From Eledone cirrhosa (Eukaryota), in assembly GCA_964016885.1 (NCBI GenBank), contig OZ024762.1, positions 16,058,001-16,122,000 of the forward strand: a stretch of 64,000 bases of DNA, written 5' to 3'. Of this stretch, positions 41,756 to 55,329 are shown piece after piece; positions within the stretch are counted from its first letter, which is position 1; each line of letters starts with the position of its first letter. The position numbers and the translations under genes are program-made. The notes under the pieces are model-generated. The model was not told where the DNA came from, ran no database searches, and saw only the letters and a list, made by a program, of their open reading frames with translations.

Positions 41756-43682
41756 CAAACACCCCTCCAGCAGGCCCCATCAGAAGCAGCTGTCTCTAAC
41801 TGATCCAGCTCAAACACCCCCTCCAGCAGGCCCCATCAGTAGCAGCCGTCTCTAACTGATCCAGCTCAAACACCCCCTCCAGCATGGCCCCATCAGAAGC
41901 AGCCGTCTCTAACTGATCCAGCTCAAACACCCCCTCCAGCAGGCCCCATCAGTAGCAGCCGTCTCTAACTGATCCAGCTCAAACACCCCCTCCAGCAGGC
42001 CCCATCAGAAGCAGCTGTCTCTAACTGATCCAGCTCAAACACCCCCTCCAGCATGGCCCCATCAGAAGCAGCCGTCTCTAACTGATCCAGCTCAAACACC
42101 CCCTCCAGCAGGCCCCATCAGAAGCAGCCGTCTCTAACTGATCCAGCTCAAACACTCCCTCCAGCAGGCCCCATCAGTAGCAGCCGTCTCTAACTGATCC
42201 AGCTCAAACACCCCCTCCAGCAGGCCCCATCAGTAGCAGCCGTCTCTAACTGATCCAGCTCAAACACTCCCTCCAGCAGGCCCCATCAGTAGCAGCCGTC
42301 TCTAACTGATCCAGCTCAAACACCCCCTCCAGCAGGCCCCATCAGTAGCAGCCGTCTCTAACTGATCCAGCTCAAACACCCCCTCCAGCAGGCCCCATCA
42401 GTAGCAGCCGTCTCTAACTGATCCAGCTCAAACACCCCCTCCAGCAGGCCCCATCAGTAGCAGCTGTCTCTAACTGATCCAGCTCAAACACCCCCTCCAG
42501 CAGGCCCCATCAGTAGCAGCCGTCTCTAACTGATCCAGCTCAAACACTCCCTCCAGCAGGCCCCATCAGTAGCAGCCGTCTCTAACTGATCCAGCTCAAA
42601 CACTCCCTCCAGCAGGCCCCATCAGAAGCAGCCGTCTCTAACTGATCCAGCTCAAACACCCCCTTCAGCAGGCCCCATCAGAAGCAGCTGTCTCTAACTG
42701 ATCCAGCTCAAACACCCCCTTCAGCAGGCCCCATCAGAAGCAGCCGTCTCTAACTGATCCAGCTCAAACACTCCCTCCAGCAGGCCCCATCAGAAGCAGC
42801 CGTCTCTAACTGATCCAGCTCAAACACCCCCTTCAGCAGGCCCCATCAGAAGCAGCTGTCTCTAACTGATCCAGCTCAAACACCCCCTTCAGCAGGCCCC
42901 ATCAGAAGCAGCCGTCTCTAACTGATCCAGCTCAAACACCCCCTTCAGCAGGCCCCATCAGAAGCAGCCGTCTCTAACTGATCCAGCTCAAACACCCCCT
43001 CCAGCAGGCCCCATCAGAAGCAGCCGTCTCTAACTGATCCAGCTCAAACACCCCCTTCAGCAGGCCCCATCAGAAGCAGCTGTCTCTAACTGATCCAGCT
43101 CAAACACCCCCTTCAGCAGACCCCATCAGAAGCAGCTGTCTCTAACCGATCCAGCTCAAACAGCCCCTTCAGCAGGCCCCATCAGAAGCAGCTGTCTCTA
43201 ACCGATCCAGCTCAAACAGCCCCTTCAGCAGGCCCCCATCAGAAGCAGCCGTCTCTAACTGATCCAGCTCAAACAGCCCCTTCAGCAGGCCCCATCAGAA
43301 GCAGCCGTCTCTAACTGATCCAGCTCAAACACCCCCTTCAGCAGGCCCCATCAGAAGCAGCTGTCTCTAACCGATCCAGCTCAAACAGCCCCTTCAGCAG
43401 GCCCCCATCAGAAGCAGCCGTCTCTAACTGATCCAGCTCAAACAGCCCCTTCAGCAGGCCCCATCAGAAGCAGCCGTCTCTAACCGATCCAGCTCAAACA
43501 GCCCCTTCAGCAGGCCCCCATCAGAAGCAGCCGTCTCTAACCGATCCAGCTCAAACAGCCCCTTCAGCAGGCCCCATCAGAAGCAGCCGTCTCTAACCGA
43601 TCCAGCTCAAACAGCCCCTTCAGCAGCCCCCATCAGAAGCAGCTGTCTCTAACCGATCCAGCTCAAACAGCCCCTTCAGCAG
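41756..43682. repeat. ~34 x 56-bp minisatellite
   Basis: Unit caaacaccccctccagcaggccccatcagaagcagccgtctctaactgatccagct. Confidence 0.95.
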
Positions 43683-43716
43683 TACATTACTGTTACTTTT
43701 TGGAAGCTCGTAGCCT

Positions 43717-44820
43717 CTGGGTTGTGTGTTGTGTTCTGTGGAGGTGTATGGCCTAGTGGTAAGGGTGTTGGACTTACAATTATAATGTCATGAGTTTGAT
43801 TCCTGGGCTGGGTTGTGTGTTGTGTTCTGTGGAGGTGTATGGCCTAGTGGTAAGGGTGTTGGACTTACAATTATAATGTCATGAGTTTGATTCCTGGGCT
43901 GGGCTGTGTGTTGTGTTCTGTGGAGGTGTATGGCCTAATCGTAAGGGTGTTAGACTTACAATTATAATGTCATGAGTTTGATTCCTGGGCTGGGTTGTGT
44001 GTTGTGTTCTGTGGAGGTGTATGGCCTAGTGGTAAGTGTGTTGGACTTACTATTATAATGTCATGAGTTTGATTCCTGGGCTGGGTTGTGTGTTGTGTTC
44101 TGTGGAGGTGTATGGCCTAGTGGTAAGGGTGTTGGACTTACAATTATAATGTCATGAGTTTGATTCCTGGGCTGGGTTGTGTGTTGTGTTCTGTGGAGGT
44201 GTATGGCCTAGTGGTAAGGGTGTTGGACTTACAATTATAATGTCATGAGTTTGATTCCTGGGCTGGGTTGTGTGTTGTGTTCTGTGGAGGTGTGTGGCCT
44301 AGTGGTAAGGGTGTTGGACTTACAATTATAATGTCATGAGTTTGATTCCTGGGCTGTGTGTTGTGTTCTGTGGAGGTGTATGGCCTAATGGTAAGGTTGT
44401 TGGATTTACAATTATAATGTCATGAGTTTGATTCCTGGGCTGTGTGTTGTGTTCTGTGGAGGTGTATGGCCTAGTGGTAAGGGTGTTGGACTTACTATTA
44501 TAATGTCATGAGTTTGATTCCTGGGCTGGGTTGTGTGTTGTGTTCTGTGGAGGTGTATGGCCTAGTGGTAAGGGTGTTGGACTTACTATTATAATGTCAT
44601 GAGTTTGATTCCTGGGCTGGGCTGTGTGTTGTGTTGTTGGGCAAAACACTTCATTTCACGTTGCTCCAGGATACTCAGCTGAAAATGAGTACCAGAAATA
44701 ACTGGGGAGTTTAACCTTGTGATGGACTGGCATCCTGTCTTGTACTCTCAATCACTTCACGCCATGAAACCGAGATAAGTATCGGCCTAATGAGCCCTAA
44801 ATGACTTAAGACTTAGACTT
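43717..44820 (+). repeat. SINE whose tRNA-derived head is amplified 10x (91-bp unit)
   Basis: gaggtgtatggcctagtggtaagg..gagtttgattcctggg recurs at 43741, 43832, 43923 ... 44550, followed by a single SINE body. Confidence 0.88.
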
Positions 44821-46116
44821 TTTAGACATTACTGTTACTTTATTTTATCAACCCTGTAAGGATGAAAGGCAAATCACATCTCAGCAGGATTTGAACTCAG
44901 AACGTAAAGGGACGTAACTATATGCCACAAAGCATGTTATCTGACACTCTACTGATACTGGGAATCCATCGGTCGCAGTACGTTACTGGTACTTTATTTT
45001 ATCGACCCTGGACGGATGAAAGGCAAAGTTGGCAGCATTTGAACTTGGCATGTAAAGAACCAGAGTAACTACACAAGGCTATTTTATCTGTTGCTCTACC
45101 GATTCTACCAGATTGAAGTGATTATAATAAATTACTTGCTTTAATAATTATTAATGGTAATTATTGAAAGGTTATTGAAGAAACAAGGCATAAATATGAA
45201 CTGACACTGAGAGAATGGTGGTGGTGGTGGTGTGGTGGTGGTAGTGGTGGTAGTGTGGTGGTTGGTGGTGTGATGTGGTGGTGGTGTGTGGTGTGGTAGT
45301 GGTGTGTGTATGTGGTGGTGGTGTGGTAGTGGTGTGGTGTGTGGTGTGGTAGTGGTGTGTGTATGTGGTGGTGGTGTGGTAGTGGTGTGTGTATGTGGTG
45401 GTGGTGTGGTGGTGGTTGTGTGGGTGTGGTAGTGGTGTGGTGTGGTGGTAGTGATGTTGCCGGTGGTGGTGGTGTGTGTATGTGGTGTGGTGGTGGTGGT
45501 GTGGTTGTGTGGAGGTGGTGGTGGTAGTGATGTTGGTGGTGGTGTGTGTATGTGGTGTGGTGGTGTGGTGTGGTGTGGTGTGGTGGTAGTGATGTTGCCG
45601 GTGGTGGTGGTGGTGTGTGTATGTGGTGTGGTGTGGTGTGGTGGTGGTGGTGGAGGTGTATGTAGTAGTGGTAGTGGTTTGTGTGTGATGGTATGTGCTT
45701 ATATGTGGTGGGGATGAGTATGTGTGCTATGTACATATGGTGTATTTGTGTGTATAGTGTGTGTATATATTCATGTGTATGTGTGTATATATTCATGTGT
45801 ATAGTGTGTGTATATATTCATGTGTATGTGTGTATATATTCATGTGTATGTGTGTATATATTCATGTGTATAGTGTGTGTATATATTCATGTGTATAGTG
45901 TGTGTATATATTCATGTGTATAGTGTGTGTATATATTCATGTGTATAGTGTGTGTATATATTCATGTGTATAGTGTGTGTATATATTCATGTGTATAGTG
46001 TGTGTATATATTCATGTGTATAGTGTGTGTATATATTCATGTGTATATATTTGTTTGTGGCTGCATGACTGATGGCTTGCCATTGTTGGTCTTTCTCTCC
46101 ATCTCTCATCACCATT

Positions 46117-46577
46117 AGTAGTAGTAGTAGCAGTAGTAGTAGTAGTAGCAGTAATAGTAGTAGCAGCAGTAGTAGTAGCAGCAGTAGTAGTAGCAGCAGT
46201 AATAGTAGTAGCAGCAGTAGTAGTAGCAGCAGTAATAGTAGTAGCAGCAGTAGTAGTAGCAGCAGTAGTAGTAGTAGCAGTAGTAGTAGTAGCAGCAGTA
46301 GTAGGAGTAACAGTACTACTGTAGTAGTAGTAGTAGTAACAGTACTACTGTAGTAGTAGTAACAGTAGTAGTAGTAGCAGTACTACTGGCAGTAGTAGCA
46401 GTGGTAATAGTAGTAGTAGTAGCAACAGTAGTAATAGTAGTAGTAACAGTAGTAACAGTCCTACTACTACTAGTAGTAGTAGTAATAACAGTGGTAACAG
46501 TAGTAGTAGTGTAGTAGTGGTAGTGGCAACAGTAGTAGTAGTGGCAGTGGTAGTAGTAGTAGTAGTAGTGTAGTAAC

Positions 46578-46611
<34 letters not shown>

Positions 46612-46934
46612 ACAGTAGTAGTGGCAGTGGTAGTAGTGTAGTAGTAGTAGTAGTAGTGGCAGTGGTAACAGTAGTAGTAGTGTAGTAGTGGCAGTGGTAA
46701 CAGTAGTAGTAGTGTAGTAGTAACAGTGGTAGTAGTAGTAACAGTAGTAGTAACAGTAGTAGTAGTAGTAGTAGTGTAGTAGTGGCAGTGGTAACAGTAG
46801 TAGTAACAGTAGTAGTAGTAGTAACAGTAGTAATAGTAGTAGTGTAGTAGTGGCAGTGGTAACAGTAGTAGTAGTGTAGTAGTAATAGTAGTAGTGGCAG
46901 TGGTAACAGTAGTAGTAGTGTAGTAGTAACAGTG

Positions 46935-46967
<33 letters not shown>

Positions 46968-47038
46968 ACAGTAGTAGTAGTGTAGTAGTTAGTAGTAGTA
47001 GTAGTGGCAGTGGTAACAGTAATAGTAGTAGTAGTAAC

Positions 47039-47070
<32 letters not shown>
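46117..47070. repeat. Long imperfect (AGT/AGC)n trinucleotide tract
   Basis: Seen directly in the sequence. Confidence 0.95.
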
Positions 47071-47072
<2 letters not shown>

Positions 47073-47168
47073 AATAGGCTAAAATTACTTCTATATTTAG
47101 AGGATTTAGGTCAAGTTTAACAGTTGTAAATCTTCTGATATTTTTACCTTTGTTGATCAAAGTTGAGA

Positions 47169-47202
<34 letters not shown>

Positions 47203-47265
47203 CATTTTAAATGTTAGTTGCCAGTCAAGTCTATTGTGTGGAGGAGGCAGCATTGTGGGTGGGTG

Positions 47266-47297
<32 letters not shown>

Positions 47298-47317
47298 TGT
47301 ATCTGTTTGTGTGTGTG

Positions 47318-47351
<34 letters not shown>

Positions 47352-47811
47352 AACACACAAAGCATTTTATATATACATACATGTGTACTTGCTGACATAC
47401 ATACATATTTATAGACACAAACACACACACACAGCCATTATCTCTGGCTGTGGATTCACAGTATCAGTAGAGCGAGTGTCAGACAAACATGCTTTGCAGC
47501 ATAGAGTTACAGCCCTTTACCTTATGTGTTCAAACCCTGCCAATGTTAGCTTTACCTTTCATCCTTATAGAGCCGATAAAATAAAGTACCAGTAATGCAC
47601 TGGGTTGATATAATCGACTTTCTCCTCCCCCAAAATTGTTGGCCTTGTGCCCTAAATCAAAAACCCGTTATCTCTGGTTGCTCCTAGTTCTTTTGTTCTT
47701 TCTTTTGTTTTTTATTCCTTCCTTAATACTTTCGAAAAAAACTTTGATGAAAAAAACTGTTTGAAAATGTTTATATTTATTTATCTAAAGCCTTCCATCA
47801 TAATTTTATTC

Positions 47812-48458
47812 AACCCTTTACCATTTACATTACTCTATATTTACGATTCTATTTTCGTGGTAAAGGCTTTACCTTACATAATTATCTCACATAATATCGA
47901 ATCTATGAGATTTTGATATTATTTATTTTGAGAACAATACCATAACATCAGAATGTGTGGCCAGTTACAGCCGGTTTGAACAGAAAGAGGTGAGAGAATT
48001 CTGGTCGGATATGGCCGGTTTAAATCTCACATAACATCGAATCTATGAGATGTTGATATTATTTATTTTGAGAACAATACCTTAACATCAGAATGTGTGG
48101 CCAGTTACAGCCGGTTTGAACAGAAAGAGGTGAGAGAATTCTGGCCAGATATGGCCGGTTTAAATCTCACATAACATCGAATCTATGAGATGTTGATATT
48201 ATTTATTTTGAGAACAATACCTTAACATCAGAATGTGTGGCCAGTTACAGCCGGTTTGAACAGAAAGAGGTGAGAGAATTCTGGCCAGATATGGCCGGTT
48301 TAAATCTCACATAACATCGAATCTATGAGATGTTGATATTATTTATTTTGAGAACAATACCTTAACATCAGAATGTGTGGCCAGTTACAGCCGGTTTGAA
48401 CAGAAAGAGGTGAGAGAATTCTGGCCGGATATGGCCGGTTTAAATGCTAAAGGGTTAA
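47812..48458 (+). mobile_element. piggyBac-like MITE with 4 x 140-bp internal tandem
   Basis: Ends are ccctttaccattta / taaatgctaaaggg-TTAA. atctatgaga recurs at 47901, 48041, 48181 and 48321. Confidence 0.72.
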
Positions 48459-48753
48459 ATATATTATTTCTAATTGGTCACTCTGATCCATAGGTTTGGA
48501 CCATGATAATCTGTCCATCCTATGCCAGCATGGAAAGTGGATGTAAAATGATGATGAAGTATTTTCAATTTAGCTACATACTTAAATGGGCATTCTAATT
48601 AACAGGAAAGCTTTTTAATGTTCTATTAATTAACTGAAAAGGTCAACCATAATAGTAGATATTGGAAAATTGATAAAACACTTTATTTTAATAATTTAAA
48701 ATCAAATTTTGCTGGCGTCAATGTATGTGTGTAGTATGTAAGTGTGTCGTCGT

Positions 48754-49160
48754 CATCATCATCATCATCATCATCATCATTTTACGGCTGCTTTTCCCTG
48801 CTTGCAAGGGTGGGACGGGTCTTGTTCAACACAGCATCTCTCCACTTGTCACGGCTGCTTTTCCCTGCTTGCAAGGGTGGGACGGGCCCTATTCAGCACA
48901 GCATCTCTCCACTTGTCACGGCTGCTTTTCCCTGCTTGCAAGGGTGGGACCGGTCCTATTCAGCACAGCATCTCTCCACTTGTCACGGTCCTTCTTCATC
49001 TCCACCGTGAGCTCCAGCGATCTGAGGTCAGCTCTCACCACCTCCGCCCATGTTTTTCGTGGTCTTCCTCTAGCCTGTCTTCCTTCTACTGCGATTTCTT
49101 GGCACTTCTTTACCCAGCGGTCATCCTCCATGCGCATCACATGTCCACACCATCGCACAC
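48754..49160 (-). mobile_element. RTE LINE 3' fragment with triplicated ~72-bp end
   Basis: ORF MRWCGHVMRMEDDRWVKKC..GRPRKTW, three tandem copies of the terminal segment, and a (CAT)n tail. Confidence 0.85.
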
Positions 49161-49870
49161 TACAATCTTATCTCCCGCACACTACAATATTTCTTTGTGT
49201 ACATTATTTCTTTTTGTGTGTATGTGGCTTAGTGGTTAGAGCATTGGCCTTGCAATTGGAAGGTTGTGAGTTCAATTCTCAGACCGGGTGATGTGTTGTT
49301 TCCTTGAGCAAGACACTTTATTTCACATTGCTCCAGTTTACTCAGCTGTAGAAATTAGATGATAGGGACTGGGGTACATATCATTCCACTGCAAAGTGGT
49401 CGTGGAGGTGCCACGGCAAAAAAGCACCCAGCACTCACTGTAAATGAGGTTGGTGTCAGGAAGGGCATCCAGCTGTAGAAATCAATCCAGAATCAGTTCC
49501 CGTCCCACCCATGCAAGCAGGGAAAAGCGGACGTAAAATGAAATGAAATGAAATGAAATGAAATGATGTATGTATATTCATATATGATAATACACACACT
49601 CACATGTATACACACACATAAAAAAACTAAAACCTCAAAGATTTCACTTTATAAGACTCTGGGAACAACATGAAGCCACACACATCTACCAATTTCCTCC
49701 TTTCAACACACACAACCATACCTATGCCACCCTTTTGCCTTCCCCAGTCCGGACCCCCCCCCCCCCCCTCCATCACTATATATATATATGTATATATATA
49801 TATTTTTTTTAACTTCCTTCCCTAACCTTCTCACACTACTCCTGTGTATCTGTTCTCTCCTTATCCGAAC

Positions 49871-49906
49871 TTTCCTGAAGAAGGACTTCTGTCCGAAATG
49901 TTGAAA
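49871..49906 (+). ncRNA. Minimal type I hammerhead-like motif, family B
   Basis: tttc-CTGAAGA-a-ggac(ttct)gtcc-GAAA-tgTT-gaaa. Same layout as 6941-6976, with a different but still paired stem I. Confidence 0.6.
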
Positions 49907-50205
49907 CCCCTTCCATTTCCACCAAGTGTGAACCTAATATAACTGTGTAAAATTACCTCCTGTGTTTGTTTGTTTCATTTATTAACTATATGTATATATA
50001 TATATATATATATGAATGAATGTATGTATAATATATTTGGCAATATACTGTATGTTTAATTAAAAACATTTTGAAGACCATTTAAAATGTTTTAAATTAA
50101 ACATACAGTATATTGGCAAATATACTATATAGACATTCATGTATACATCGCTATTTCAGAACACCAATACTAATATATATATTTGTTTCTTTTTACTCAT
50201 CCTAG

Positions 50206-50280
50206 GTGGGCTTGCGAAGATTTTCCAGATTTGAAAGAAGTTTTGGAGAACCAAATTCTACAGGACTATGACTCTAAAAG
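50206..50280 (+). CDS. DOT1L: DOT1L coding exon (75 bp; WACEDFPDLKEVLENQILQDYDSKS)
   Basis: Polypyrimidine tract with cctag| acceptor and |gtaaga donor. Matches human [25 protein letters not shown]. Confidence 0.93.
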
Positions 50281-50809
50281 GTAAGAAGTTACTGGCTGTC
50301 TTCCTGACTGTTGCTTTGTCTCTCTTTAACCCTTTTGATCCTGTAACTGCCCTTGCTTCTGTGAAATAAAACTGCCTATTTTACAGTATTCATAAGAGGT
50401 TAATTTGAAAAGTTCATAGGCTGACTACGAAGGATTGATGTTAGGGCTGTAAAATCTTGCATGCATTAATTTCTACTCTTTTTATAAATAACTGAATTGT
50501 TTCTGTCCAGGGACTTCCCTATGTTGAAAAATAAACCTCATTTGGTCATTCCATGAGAGTATCTTGGTCAGCCTATGGACTTTTAATAGCAACTGAGCCC
50601 CAATATAATATCACCATGATAACTGTCTATGTCTAAATTCTGTCTTGAGCCTTGAAGCTCAACAGGCTGCTGTTTATCCTGGTGTCCATGACATTAAGTG
50701 ACTGAGTCTACAAGACTTCCACCTGGACAGGATGCCGGTCCATTACGGTTAAATCCGCCAGCTATTGCTGCTGGTAGTCATTTTCAGCTGTGTATACTGG
50801 AGTGTGTTG

Positions 50810-51145
50810 TGAGACTTACTTTTAACACATCTTGGCGACAGAGAGTCACAAATGGAGAACTCTATCTGGATAGTACTTCCACGCCAAATATTGTTCGTCT
50901 AAGAAGGATACGTTTTGCAGGACATTGTTACAGGGCAAAAAAAAAAACGAGTGTGTCAGACATGTTCTTTTATGGAAGCCTGCACAAGGTCATAGAAGTT
51001 GAGGTCGTCCTGGAACAATGTATCTGGATATGGTATATGCTGACACGGGAGGACATTTAACGGATCTTGGAGTGATAATGCTAGATCGAGACAAATGGAA
51101 AGAATACTGTTATTTGGATCAAGGAAACTCGACTCGTGAGTGAGT
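50810..51145 (+). mobile_element. Degraded non-LTR retroelement 3' end (RTE/RTEX-like)
   Basis: Reads NTSWRQRVTNGELY..IVRLRRIRFAGHCYRAK, then a frameshifted RGRP motif. Confidence 0.7.
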
Positions 51146-51198
51146 GATACTGGAGCAAAGTGAAATGAAGTGTTTTGAACATTATGATCGACCCCACA

Positions 51199-52062
51199 TA
51201 ACCCTTTAACATTTACATTACTCTATATATACTATTGTATTTTCACGGTAAAGGCTTTACCTCACATAATATCTCACATAACATTTACATTACTCTATAT
51301 ATACTATTGTATTTTCATGGTAAAGGCTTTACCTCACAATATCTCATAACATTTACATTACTCTATATATACTATTGTATTTTCACAGTAAAGGCTTTAC
51401 CTCACATAATATCTCACAGAACATTTACATTACTCTATATATACTATTGTATTTTCATGGTAAAGGCTTTACCTCACATAATATCTCACATAACATTTAC
51501 ATTACTCTATATATACTATTGTATTTTCATGGTAAAGGCTTTACCTCACATAATATCTCACATAACATTTACATTACTCCATATATACTATTGTATTTTC
51601 ATGGTAAAGGCTTTACCTCACATAATATCTCATAGCATTTACATTACTCTATATATAGTATTGTATTTTCATGGTAAAGGCTTTACCTCACATAATATCT
51701 CATAACATTTACATTACTCTATATATACTATTGTATTTTCATGGTAAAGGCTTTACCTCACCTAATATCTCACATAACATTTACATTACTCTATACTATT
51801 GTATTTTCACAGTAAAGGCTTTACCTCACATAATATCTCACATAACATTTACATTACTCTATATATACTATTGTATTTTCACAGTAAAGGCTTTATCTTA
51901 TATAATTATCTCACATAATATCGAATCTATGAGATTTTTGTGTTATTTATTTTGAGAACAATACCTTAACGTCAGTATGAATGGCCGGTTACAACCAGTT
52001 CAAGTAGAAAGAAACTAGAGAATTCTGCCCAGATAAGGCCAGTTTAAATGCTAATGGGTTAA
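51199..52062 (+). mobile_element. piggyBac-like MITE with ~10 x 72-bp internal tandem
   Basis: Runs accctttaacattta ... tttaaatgctaatgggTTAA and ends about 27 bp before the DOT1L exon at 52089. Confidence 0.72.
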
Positions 52063-52088
52063 ATGTTTGTTTTCCTTCCCTTCGACAG

Positions 52089-52152
52089 TTATGAAAGCAT
52101 GAAGAGCCTATGTGATCGCTACAATAAAGCCATTGACAGCATCTTGCAATTA
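52089..52152 (+). CDS. DOT1L: DOT1L coding exon (64 bp; YESMKSLCDRYNKAIDSILQL)
   Basis: ttccttcccttcgacag| acceptor and |gtaagt donor. Matches human [21 protein letters not shown], and the phases fit both neighbours. Confidence 0.95.
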
Positions 52153-52689
52153 GTAAGTTGGACATTTTTCTTGTTCTGTCTTCTTCCACATATTCTTGAG
52201 AGGCTGAAGGGCTCAGAATCCTAAGATGTGACTTCCAGAGGGTCCTATCAGAAGTAACCGTCTCCAAATGACTTGGATGGATACCTAAAGCGAGATCAAC
52301 TGAAGTTATGGATGTTAACCCTTGATCTTGTTCGTTGCCTGTCTCTGAGTGTCCTACCAGTTGACTTGGCTTCTAAAATCTGTCCATCCATTTTTATAAG
52401 GAAAATTTTAAATTAAAAAAAAATTTCTTAACTGAAGTAGGCCTTGCATTACTCTAATAGTTGTTGTTGTAGAGGTGACTGAAAAAATAATCACCATCAT
52501 AAGCCATGCACCTTTATGTATGTGTATCATCATTATCACCGTTTAATGTCCATTTTTCGATGCTAGCATGGGTTAGATGAATTGTCCTATTGTGGGCAAT
52601 GCCAGGTCAGGTGACCATGTCTTGCTCATACAGAACTGATTTTGGCTTGGTTTCTACAGCTGGATGCCCTTCCTAATGCACCAACCATG

Positions 52690-53370
52690 TTTACAGTAAG
52701 TACTTGGTGCTTTTTGTCATGACACCTACACAACCACTTTATAGTTAGGACTGGGTGCTTTTGTAGTGACACCTACACGACCACTTTACAGAGTGGACTG
52801 GGTGCTTTTTGTCATGACACCTACACGACCACTTTACAGAGTGGACTGGGTGTTTTCTATCATGACACCTACATGACCACTTTACAGAGTGGACTGGGTG
52901 CTTTCTGTCATGACACCTACATGACCACTTTACAGTGTGGACTGGGTGCTTTTTGTCATGACACCTACACGACCACTTTACAGAGTGGACTGGGTGTTTT
53001 CTGTCATGACGCCTACAACACCACTTTACAGAGTGGACTGGGTGCTTTTTGTCATGACACCTACATGACCACTTTACAGAGTGGACTGGGTGATTTTTGT
53101 CATGACACCTACATGACCACTTTACAGAGTGGACTGGGTGCTTTTTGTCATGACACCTACATGACCACTTTACAGAGTGGACTGGGTGTTTTGAGTCATG
53201 ACACCAACATGACCACTTTACAGAGTGGACTGGGTGTTTTCTGTCATGACACCTACATGACCACTTTACAGAGTGGACTGGGTGTTTTCTGTTATGACAC
53301 CTACATGACCACATTACGGTGTGGACTGGGTGCTTTTTGTTGTGTTGCCATCGTAACCACTTTACAGTGT
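52690..53370. repeat. ~14 x 48-bp tandem derived from the internal segment of the RTE/SINE 3' module
   Basis: The unit ccactttacagagtggactgggtgctttttgtcatgacacctacatga directly continues ggatgcccttcctaa. Confidence 0.85.
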
Positions 53371-53507
53371 GAGCTGGGGACTTTGGTAAGAGAGGTGTGT
53401 GGGGGATTGGGGAGGTGGGTTTATTGTGTAAGGGGCAGACTGTTAGGATGTGGGAGGTGAATGGAAATGTATCCAATTTATCTTTCATCTTTCTGGGGTT
53501 GATATAA

Positions 53508-53918
<411 letters not shown>

Positions 53919-54637
53919 TAGAAGGAGCAACGTGAAATAAAGTGTCTTGCTCAAGGACATAACGCATCGCCCGGTCCAGGAATCGAACTCACAACCTCAC
54001 GATTGTGAATCCAATTCTCTTTACCACTTAGCCATGCACCTGTGTATATATATATATATATGTATATATGTATATCATCGTTAAACGTCCATTTTACATG
54101 CTAACAAGGGTTAGATGGGTTGTCCCATTTGAGGCCAGTTGGATCAGGTGACCGTGTCTTACTCATACAGAAGTGTTTCTGGCTAGATGCCCTTCCTAAC
54201 ACCAACCACATTTACAGTGTGTGCTGAGGGGAGAGAGAAGCTCATAATATCTCACATAACATTTACATTACTCTATATATACTATTGTATTTTCACAGTA
54301 AAGGCTTTACCTCACATAAAATTTACATTACTCTATATATACTATTGTATTTTCACAGTAAAGGCTTTACCTCACATAATATCTCACATAACATTTACAT
54401 TACTCTATATATTCCTAGGTAATGCCCCCTCCCTATTGAGGACTTCGTTTGTTGTTGTTATTTCATTGTTATATTTTTGTACTCGTTAATTATATGTAAA
54501 CTTCCCCCCTTGTATCTGTCCCTACCTTTTGTGCCCTCGTGGCAAATAAAGAAATCACTCTATATATACTATTGTATTTTCACAGTAAAGGCTTTACCTC
54601 ACATAATATCTCGCATAACATTTACATTACTCTATAT

Positions 54638-54954
54638 CAGCGTTTCTCAACCGGTGTTTCTCGGAACCCTAGGGTTCCACAAGAGGTCGCTAGGGGCTCC
54701 GCGAGAACCAGTGATAAATAAACTAATGTATTTTAAAAAGTAATTTTTGTTTAATTTTACTATACATTTACGGCATATTGTCGGAAAATCCTTGTTTATT
54801 TTAAGAAAGGCTTCAACCTCTTATATTATTTAAAACTAGGTCAATATTAGAGATAGATATTAATAATGGTATATAATAATTTTTATGTAGGGCTTCCCTG
54901 AGACATGAACCTATTTCAAGGGTTCCACAAGGGTAAAAAGGTTGAGAAACGCTG
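54638..54954. mobile_element. hAT-family MITE with intact TIRs and 8-bp TSD
   Basis: TIRs cagcgtttctcaacc...ggttgagaaacgctg, flanked by ctctatat on both sides (54630-54637 and 54955-54962). Confidence 0.88.
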
Positions 54955-55329
54955 CTCTATATATACTATTGTATTTTCATGGTAAAGGCTTTACCTTACA
55001 TAATATCGAATCTGTGAGATTTTGATGTTATTTATTTTGAGAACAATACCTTAACATCAATATGAGCGGCTGGTTACAGCCGGTTTGAACAGAAAGAGGT
55101 GAGAGAATTCTGGCTGGATATGGCCGGTTTAAATACTAAAGCGTTAAAATGCTTGTTGTAGTAGAGTAGTATGTTTGAGGAGCTGGTTTTGGCCATATTG
55201 ATACAGCTGCTCCTCCACCATTGGCACACTATTCCCCCCTCCTGCCCCATCTCAGGCCGGTGTCCTAGCACACTTCACCAACTCCAGTAAGTTATAGATA
55301 TATGTATAGTGGCATAGTTCAATGATTGA

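Noticed and set aside
41756-43682. CRISPR-like regular array, and ctgatgggg on the minus strand as a hammerhead core
   Set aside because: The repeats are head-to-tail with no unique spacers, the context is eukaryotic, and there is no CTGANGA or GAAA box.
43741-44620. tRNA gene cluster
   Set aside because: No convincing cloverleaf or acceptor stem, and the last unit continues into a SINE body.
46345-47430. 361-aa Leu/Tyr/Thr ORF
   Set aside because: It is a translation of the (ACT)n microsatellite.
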